NCBI GenBank assembly: GCA_037381445.1
Contig: JARRQT010000013.1
Location: 1 to 23,596 of the forward strand
Reading direction: 5' to 3'
Origin: Calditrichia bacterium
GTDB lineage: Bacteria > Calditrichota > Calditrichia > RBG-13-44-9
DNA length: 23,596 bases
In this document: piece after piece, positions 17,764 through 23,596 of the stretch
Position numbering within the stretch: the stretch's first letter is position 1
Layout of the letters: each line of letters opens with the position of its first letter
Position numbers and translations under genes: made by a program
Notes under the pieces: model-generated
The model's database searches: none
Told to the model about the DNA's origin: nothing
Seen by the model: only the letters and a program-made list of their open reading frames with translations

Positions 17764-19242
17764 ATGAATCACAGGGATGAAAACATTAACAGCACAGAGT
17801 CAAATGGCGAGCTCCGCGGTGTTCACACCGACGGAAATGGTTCTCCGGCAAATATGACGAAGGTTATTCTTCGCTATATTGAAGAAGGAGCATTCTTCCT
17901 GGATTCACAATTTAATTTCGGCGAATCATTTTCAGCTGCCCTTGAAGAAATCCTTTGTGTGAAGGAATTGAAAGGGACAAATTTTCTCTCTCTACTTGAA
18001 AACCGGGTACCGGAAGATATTATCACGAATACCCGGGAGTTTTTGGAAATCATGTTCCGTCCGGATTTGGAGGAAGAGGAGATCTATGAATTAAATCCCC
18101 TGGCTGAGACTGAATTCTTCTATGAAGATGAATGGGGAATGTGGACTTCCTCAAAAACCTTGTCCTTCAGGTTTAAGCGGGTCGTGGAGGGTGGAAAAAT
18201 TGTTGCGCTTTTTTCAACTGTCAGGGATTTGTCCGAAGAGAGACGGCTGAATCAAAAGCTCAAGCAGATTGAAGATCACACCCAAAAACAGATGGAATGG
18301 CTTGTCAACATCCTGCATGTGGAGCCGGACCTGCTGCGGGATTTTTTCGTTGGCGTCGAGCATGAAATGGAAAATGTCGATAACGTCCTAAAGAATACAA
18401 GAGAAACCAAAAAATATTTTGAGGTGCTGGAAAATATCTACCGCTCCCTGTATATCATTAAAGGCAATGCTTCCCTGCTGGATTTGAAATTTTTCAGCGA
18501 TAAAGCCAGTCACTTTCTGGAAAAGATTGTAAAAATCAAAGATGAATCTGAAATTGACGGAAATGATTTCGTTCCTATTGTAATTGAACTTGGGGAACTG
18601 CGCAGCACACTGGAAGAGATTAAGACTATATTTCAGAGGATCAGCCAGTTTCATAATCACTTTCGCGCCAAACGGAGTTACGAAAGCGAACTGCTGGTCA
18701 ATTCCCTGAAAAACCTGACCCAGAGTCTCAGCCGGCAGCTGAAAAAGCCGGTGTCATTTGATTATAAAGATTTTGATGCGCTTTCTATTCCCTATACCTA
18801 TCGCCAGATGGTCCGGGATGTGCTGTTTCTCCTGATCCGGAATGCACTGCTGTACGGAATTGAGACTCGGGAGGAACGCAGGTCTGCAAACAAAAGCAAT
18901 ATCGCCACCATCAAGATTATCACTTTTACTGATGAACGCTTTCTGGGATTGGTGCTGCGTCACGATGGCAGAATTGAGAGGATAGAGAGGCTGCTGCAAA
19001 AAATGATTACCGCAGATTATGAATCTGAAGAGGAACGCCGCAACTGGGAGGGAATTTCTGTGAGCCAGTTGCTGTTCATGCCTAATATGTCTGTGGGGGA
19101 CGAGCAGGAAATACTGGCAAATTCTGCCATGGACATTGAAATCCTGAAGCGAAAATTGAAGGAAAAAGGCGGTCGCCTGAAAATAACCTTCACCAGCGAA
19201 GAATTCTGTGAATTTATTGTTTTCCTGCCATTAAGGGCCTGA
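17764..19242 (+). CDS. Soluble PAS-like/Hpt/HATPase paralogue of the upstream kinase with degenerate catalytic motifs (predicted pseudokinase)
   Basis: Collinear with the kinase's cytoplasmic half (ELNPLAETEF vs DLNPLTETEF, QMEWLVNILHVEP vs ...HIEP, identical KRSYESELL). The phospho-His is replaced by Tyr (YRSLYIIKGNA), G1 reads HDGRIE and G2 reads NSAMDI. The frame is an intact 492 aa. Confidence 0.85.
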   Translation: MNHRDENINSTESNGELRGVHTDGNGSPANMTKVILRYIEEGAFFLDSQFNFGESFSAALEEILCVKELKGTNFLSLLENRVPEDIITNTREFLEIMFRPDLEEEEIYELNPLAETEFFYEDEWGMWTSSKTLSFRFKRVVEGGKIVALFSTVRDLSEERRLNQKLKQIEDHTQKQMEWLVNILHVEPDLLRDFFVGVEHEMENVDNVLKNTRETKKYFEVLENIYRSLYIIKGNASLLDLKFFSDKASHFLEKIVKIKDESEIDGNDFVPIVIELGELRSTLEEIKTIFQRISQFHNHFRAKRSYESELLVNSLKNLTQSLSRQLKKPVSFDYKDFDALSIPYTYRQMVRDVLFLLIRNALLYGIETREERRSANKSNIATIKIITFTDERFLGLVLRHDGRIERIERLLQKMITADYESEEERRNWEGISVSQLLFMPNMSVGDEQEILANSAMDIEILKRKLKEKGGRLKITFTSEEFCEFIVFLPLRA

Positions 19243-19276
19243 AATCCGTCTAGCTACCGATTGGTAGAATGTCAGC

Positions 19277-20437
19277 CTAAATTTTCTGCAGGGTTCTCTC
19301 CAGATCGTAAATCAGATCATCTGTGTTTTCAATCCCCACTGACACCCGGACTAAACTATCCGACAATCCAATTTTTTTCCTTTCCTTTTCGGGAACAGAA
19401 GCGTGCGTCATGAGTGCCGGGAGTTCGATCAGGGATTCCACGCCGCCCAGGCTTTCCGCGAGGGCGAAGAATTCCAGGTTTTCCACAAAGTATTTTGCCG
19501 ATTTTAGATCCGTATCCAGTTCGAAGGAAAGCATGCCGCCGAAGCCGGTCATTTGACGCTTCGCCAGTTCATGCTGCGGATGGCTTTCCAAACCCGGGTA
19601 GATTACTTTCTTTATTTTGGGATGTGCCTCGAGATATTTAGCGATGGCAGCCGCGTTGGTCTGGTGCGCCTGCATGCGAACGGCAAGGGTTTTGGTGCCG
19701 CGCAGCACCAGAAAACTATCAAAAGGCGACATAATTGCTCCGGCTGCATTCTGCGTAAATTTAAGTCTTTCATACAGCGACTGGTCATTCAGCATGAGAG
19801 CGCCGCCCACTGAATCGCTGTGGCCGTTCATATATTTGGTCGTGCTGTGCATTACAATGTCGGCTCCCAGCGATAACGGCTGCTGAAAGTATGAACTGGC
19901 GAATGTATTATCCACTGCCACAATGTGGTTGTGGCGGTGTGCAATCTGAGATATTTTCCGAATATCGCACAATTTGAGAAGCGGGTTGGTGGGCGTCTCC
20001 AGCCAGACAAGGCGGGTATTACCCCGGATAGCCTCCTCCACTCTTTCCGGCTCACGGGCGTCCACAAAGCTGATTTCGATCCGGAAATTTTCATGAAAAA
20101 TACGGTCAAATAGCCGGCGGCTGCCGCCGTACAGGTCATCAGAGGCAATCACATGATCGCCGGACTTCAACAATGACAGAAAAACATTTGTTTCGGCGGC
20201 CAGTCCGGAAGAGAAGGCCAGACCGTATCCGGCATTTTCCAGCGCCGCCAGGCGTTTTTCCACTGCATCACGCGTGGGATTCGCGGACCTGGAATATTCG
20301 TATCCGGCAGTTGGCTCCTCCAGTATCTTTCGGGCAAAAGTGCTGGACAGGTGGATGGGTGAATTCACATCGCCGCTTCCGCCTTCTTTCAAATTAGGCT
20401 CCTCACCGGCATGAATGGCAGCAGTCTCGAATTTCAT
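19277..20437 (-). CDS. Cystathionine gamma-lyase/gamma-synthase family PLP enzyme (probably the gamma-lyase)
   Basis: ETAAIHAG, YEYSRSANPTR, FSSGLAA, DDLYGG, ETPTNP, VDNTF, the PLP-Lys motif HSTTKYMNGHSD, LAESLGGVESL and VRVSVGIE. Confidence 0.92.
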   Translation of the reverse strand: MKFETAAIHAGEEPNLKEGGSGDVNSPIHLSSTFARKILEEPTAGYEYSRSANPTRDAVEKRLAALENAGYGLAFSSGLAAETNVFLSLLKSGDHVIASDDLYGGSRRLFDRIFHENFRIEISFVDAREPERVEEAIRGNTRLVWLETPTNPLLKLCDIRKISQIAHRHNHIVAVDNTFASSYFQQPLSLGADIVMHSTTKYMNGHSDSVGGALMLNDQSLYERLKFTQNAAGAIMSPFDSFLVLRGTKTLAVRMQAHQTNAAAIAKYLEAHPKIKKVIYPGLESHPQHELAKRQMTGFGGMLSFELDTDLKSAKYFVENLEFFALAESLGGVESLIELPALMTHASVPEKERKKIGLSDSLVRVSVGIENTDDLIYDLERTLQKI

Positions 20438-20585
20438 GTTAGTCTCCTGTTTTGAGTCAGATTGAAAATGAAATTTGATTTATATTACCTGAAATACTTC
20501 ATCGAAAATTATAATATTATTGTGATGCTAGTTTGATAAATCCTGACGGCCTCAAATTATTTAAATAGAAAGGGACATGACGCGA

Positions 20586-21557
20586 TTATAGAATTTTCTG
20601 TTCTTTCATCCACTCATCATTATAGATCTTGCTCAGGTAGCGGGAGCCTGAATCGGGAAGAATCACCACTATATTTGCTGAAGGCTCAAAGCGGGGAGCG
20701 ATTTGGAGAGCAGCCCATACTGCGCTCCCGCTGGAACCGCCGGCAAAAACACCTTCTTCCCGGGCCAGCCGCCGGGCTGTCAAAAATGAATTCTTATCAT
20801 CTACCTGCACCATATCATCGATGATGCTAAAATCCACCGCTTTTACAAGATAGTCTTCCCCGATACCTTCCACCTTATAAACATGCGGCTCGGATAGTTT
20901 TCCCGTTTTGAAATAGTTGTAAAAAACCGATCCCTCCGGATCGACCGCAATAACCTTGATATTGGAATTCTTCTCTTTGAGATAGCGGCCGGCGCCGCTG
21001 AGGGTGCCGCCGGTCCCGATCCCGGCCACAAAAATATCAATTTCACCCTCCGTTTGCCTCCAGATTTCCGGTCCGGTGGTTTCATAATGGGCTTCAATAT
21101 TCATGGGATTGTTATATTGATCCGGATAAAATGAGCCAGGTATTTCAGACGCAATTCTTCTGGCCACGCTATAATAACTCTCCTCGGAGTCGGCAGGGAC
21201 ATCCGTAGGCGTAACAACAACCTCAGCTCCAAAAGCTTTTATCAGATCCTTCTTTTCATCACTCATTTTGTCGGGCATGGTGATAATGCAGCGATATCCC
21301 TTTACAGCTGAAATGATTGCCAGCGCAGCGCCTGTATTTCCCGAGGAATTCTCCACGATGGTGCCGCCAGGTTTCAGCAATCCCTTTTTCTCCGCATCTT
21401 CAATAATGAATTTTGCCATCCGATCCTTGACGCTTCCGGCGGGATTCAAATATTCCAGTTTCGCATAAATGCTTGCATGTCCATCATGGGTTATTTTCTG
21501 CAACCGGACCAGCGGTGTGTTTCCGATTGCCTGACAAATACTTTTATTTTTAAACAT
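20586..21557 (-). CDS. Cystathionine beta-synthase / cysteine synthase family PLP enzyme (CBS-like, without a regulatory domain)
   Basis: IGNTPLVRL, KLEYLNPAGSVKDR, SSGNTG, PDKMSDEK, PDQYNNP, GIGTGGT, YKVEGIGED (CBS-type rather than the CysK HKIQGIG) and PDSGSRYLSK. Confidence 0.9.
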   Translation of the reverse strand: MFKNKSICQAIGNTPLVRLQKITHDGHASIYAKLEYLNPAGSVKDRMAKFIIEDAEKKGLLKPGGTIVENSSGNTGAALAIISAVKGYRCIITMPDKMSDEKKDLIKAFGAEVVVTPTDVPADSEESYYSVARRIASEIPGSFYPDQYNNPMNIEAHYETTGPEIWRQTEGEIDIFVAGIGTGGTLSGAGRYLKEKNSNIKVIAVDPEGSVFYNYFKTGKLSEPHVYKVEGIGEDYLVKAVDFSIIDDMVQVDDKNSFLTARRLAREEGVFAGGSSGSAVWAALQIAPRFEPSANIVVILPDSGSRYLSKIYNDEWMKEQKIL

Positions 21558-21837
21558 GGGTGTGATATCCTGTGTTTTCTGTTTGTTACAAATTCGAAAA
21601 GTTTAAGTTCCTGCGGTATGAGGAACCGAAAGGGCACCGGGGAGATTGTCGCTGCTGGGGCAGAAGAGTGTTATCTGCTCAAATAGCACTGGTTGGAAGA
21701 TACAATTAAGGGGGATCGGGAAGCGTCATTTCAGTAATTGGCAGAAAGCGATTGAGATAACAATGGAAGGAAGGAATCTTATTCACGAAAATGCCCGGGC
21801 ATGTCATTATTGTTGAGCGGAGGCGGAGAACCGCATC

Positions 21838-22572
21838 TTAATTTATTGATCTTCCTCCGTCCACATTTATCACTGTGCCGGTAATAAAATCACTTCCTTC
21901 GATCAGGAATCTGACGGCGTTGGCAATATCCTCCGGTGATCCTATTCTCTTTAACGGTGTGCGTTCGATTAGGTAGTTCTCTTCTTCTTCATCATATTCT
22001 TCCGCCAGCAGCACGGTGCCCGGAGCAACAGCATTTATAGTGACATGGGGCGCGAGTGCTTTTGCCAGACCTCTGGTCAATGCCACGACTCCTGCCTTTG
22101 ATGTGCAATAGGGGATGTATCCTGCCCAGACATGGTCGGCAGAGACATCAGCTATATTGATTATTTTTCCGCTTTTATTTTTGGTCATGAATTCTCCTAT
22201 CACCTGGCAACCCCAGAAGGTTCCTTTCAGGTTGACATCCAGAAAATGATTCCAGTCCTTCTCGGAAATATCAAATAAAGGGGTTCTGTAGAATATCGCA
22301 GCATTGTTAACCAATACATCAATTCTCCCCCATTTTTCCAGCACGTTATTCCGCATTGCCATCCAGTCATTCTTTTTGCTGATGTCGCCCTTCACGATCA
22401 GCACATCTTTCCCAAAAGACCGAATCTCTTTGGCAGTCTGTACGGCTTCCTTTTCCTGGGTATGATAATGAATGACAATTCGCGCCCCTGCGCGGGCGAG
22501 GGTAATGGCGATAACCTTGCCAACTCGCTGCGAACTTCCTGTAATCAAGACGGTCTTATCTTTTAAATTCAT
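21838..22572 (-). CDS. SDR oxidoreductase, pteridine reductase/FolM-like
   Basis: TGSSQRVG (TGxxxRxG variant), IHYH, LVNNAAIF, NIAD, catalytic YCTSK, NAVAPG and VDGG. ATG at 22572 follows AGGGGGG; the ORF track start is 22614. Confidence 0.85.
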   Translation of the reverse strand: MNLKDKTVLITGSSQRVGKVIAITLARAGARIVIHYHTQEKEAVQTAKEIRSFGKDVLIVKGDISKKNDWMAMRNNVLEKWGRIDVLVNNAAIFYRTPLFDISEKDWNHFLDVNLKGTFWGCQVIGEFMTKNKSGKIINIADVSADHVWAGYIPYCTSKAGVVALTRGLAKALAPHVTINAVAPGTVLLAEEYDEEEENYLIERTPLKRIGSPEDIANAVRFLIEGSDFITGTVINVDGGRSIN

Positions 22573-22726
22573 AGAAGTGCCCCCCTTTTTCATGTAAATA
22601 AATGAATTTGTCATCGGATTTCAATTGGAATTTTCAATTGCAATTATTACAATATGCTACTAATAGTAGTCTTGAACATGATTATTTGCGATTCCATTGT
22701 GCCATAAAATAAATTGGGCAAGAATA

Positions 22727-23161
22727 ATGGTTGGAAAAATTAATAATTATATTCAGCGGCGAATGCAAAGAGAACTCCTAGATGATATTTCCCTTACCGA
22801 AGCTGCAAGATGGTTGGATGGAGCGGGTATTCTGAAAGACTCTGCGACCAGTCCCGGATATCCGCTGCGGCGGCATGTCCATAAAGGGAATGTGATGGGG
22901 GCCTATCGAAAAAACAATTATTATTGGCGGATTCGCAGGATTGAGGATTACGAGGAAGTTTTGACAGTTGCCGAACTGACCAGAATATTCGGACTAAAGA
23001 GCCGTACCAGTCTGTATCGCAAAATCCGCCGGGAGCATATACCGTTTCAGCGTCACCGCCAGAAGGGCATTTACTTTCCGGTTTCAGAAATATTGCGCTG
23101 GGCGGTAGAACAGAATAAAACTGAATTATTTGAAAAGATTCAGGAAAGAACCACTCATTAA
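22727..23161 (+). CDS. Putative DNA-binding protein with two excisionase/AlpA-like (winged) HTH modules
   Basis: C-terminal LTVAELTRIFGLKSRTSLYRKIRREHIPF...IYFPVSEILRW resembles HTH_17/AlpA. N-terminal ISLTEAARWL...LRRHVHKGNVMGA...WRI looks like a second, divergent module. The start is uncertain (TTG 22697 or ATG 22727). Confidence 0.7.
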   Translation: MVGKINNYIQRRMQRELLDDISLTEAARWLDGAGILKDSATSPGYPLRRHVHKGNVMGAYRKNNYYWRIRRIEDYEEVLTVAELTRIFGLKSRTSLYRKIRREHIPFQRHRQKGIYFPVSEILRWAVEQNKTELFEKIQERTTH

Positions 23162-23256
23162 ATCAACAGATGATATTCCTCTGGGGTGCATTGTTCTGAG
23201 AGAAACAAATATAATATAGATCGACCGGCATTTGAAAAATAACGAGGAGGAGTGGT

Positions 23257-23596
23257 ATGCGAAAATTAGCAGCAGTTGTTTTGGTATTGTGCCTGATGCT
23301 GAGCATGAGTGTTTTTGGTAGCAATAGTTCAAATGCAGCTCATCTCGAAAAATCGGTAGTAGAACAGATTTCTAAAATTTCCACTTGGAGCCCGGTAGTA
23401 CCGCCGCACATTCCGAAGTTGGCTACCTGGAGCCCGGTAGTACCGCCGCATATTCCGAAGCTGGCCACCTGGAGCCCGGTAGTACCGCCGCACATCCCGA
23501 AGCTGGCCACCTGGAGTCCGGTAGTACCGCCGCACATTCCGAAGTTGGCCACCTGGAGCCCGGTAGTACCGCCGCACATTCCGAAGTTGGCTACTT
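23257..23596 (+). CDS. Secreted tandem-repeat peptide precursor, 3'-truncated by the window edge and absent from the ORF track
   Basis: RBS GAGGAGG at 23244-23250 and ATG at 23257. Translation: MRKLAAVVLVLCLMLSMSVFGSNSSNAAHLEKSVVEQISKIS-(TWSPVVPPHIPKLA)x5-T..., with no stop codon in the window. All differences between repeats are synonymous in this frame. Confidence 0.88.
   Translation, partial: MRKLAAVVLVLCLMLSMSVFGSNSSNAAHLEKSVVEQISKISTWSPVVPPHIPKLATWSPVVPPHIPKLATWSPVVPPHIPKLATWSPVVPPHIPKLATWSPVVPPHIPKLAT
23383..23596 (+). repeat. 42-bp coding tandem repeat, five complete units plus the start of a sixth
   Basis: Units start at 23383, 23425, 23467, 23509, 23551 and 23593. Consensus ACYTGGAGYCCGGTAGTACCGCCGCAYATYCCGAAGYTGGCY, with no spacers. 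Confidence 0.97.

Noticed and set aside
17764..19242. Pseudogene call for the kinase paralogue
   Set aside because: There is no frameshift or internal stop over 492 codons, and non-catalytic blocks are strongly conserved, which fits a maintained pseudo-enzyme better than decay.
21558..21837. SAM riboswitch or T-box upstream of the CBS/CGL genes
   Set aside because: Reading the minus strand, I found no SAM-I core (AUC-x-AGAG...GCAACC...GUGC-x-AA) or T-box consensus. An Rfam scan would be needed to exclude other motifs.
23329..23579. Minus-strand repeat ORFs (RRYYRAPGGQLRNV)n and (CGGTTGLQVANFGM)n as real genes, for example a Cys-containing RiPP precursor
   Set aside because: Repeat polymorphisms change amino acids in both frames. 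The + frame has an RBS, an ATG, a signal peptide and only silent changes, so these are shadow ORFs.
23383..23596. CRISPR array
   Set aside because: The 42-bp units are directly abutting with no unique spacers, the period is a multiple of 3, variation is synonymous in a coding frame, and there are no cas genes in the window.

Overview
Bacterial chromosomal window of mostly housekeeping and envelope genes, with no rRNA, tRNA, CRISPR array or transposase detected. In order it holds a partial outer-membrane beta-barrel gene, a CPA1 cation/H+ antiporter, an isocitrate/isopropylmalate dehydrogenase, a PflX-like radical SAM enzyme, an EamA transporter, an SNase-like nuclease, a cNMP-binding protein paired with an AI-2E permease, a ParB-like protein paired with a Tat-exported Ntn asparaginase, an S9 peptidase, a CBS/CGL transsulfuration pair, a pteridine-reductase-like SDR and a double-HTH protein. 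Two loci stand out. (1) 12522-19242 is a four-gene signalling cluster: a beta-propeller/Y_Y_Y sensor fused to a CheA-like Hpt-HATPase kinase with no CheW domain, then CheY, CheX, and a soluble paralogue of the kinase's cytoplasmic half that has Tyr in place of the phospho-His and has lost its ATP-binding glycines (a predicted pseudokinase). (2) From 23257 to the window end there is a + strand ORF missing from the supplied ORF track. It encodes a signal peptide followed by at least five identical 14-aa repeats (TWSPVVPPHIPKLA), and all DNA differences between repeats are synonymous, which makes it a candidate secreted multi-core peptide precursor. All calls come from reading motifs by eye; no database searches were run.
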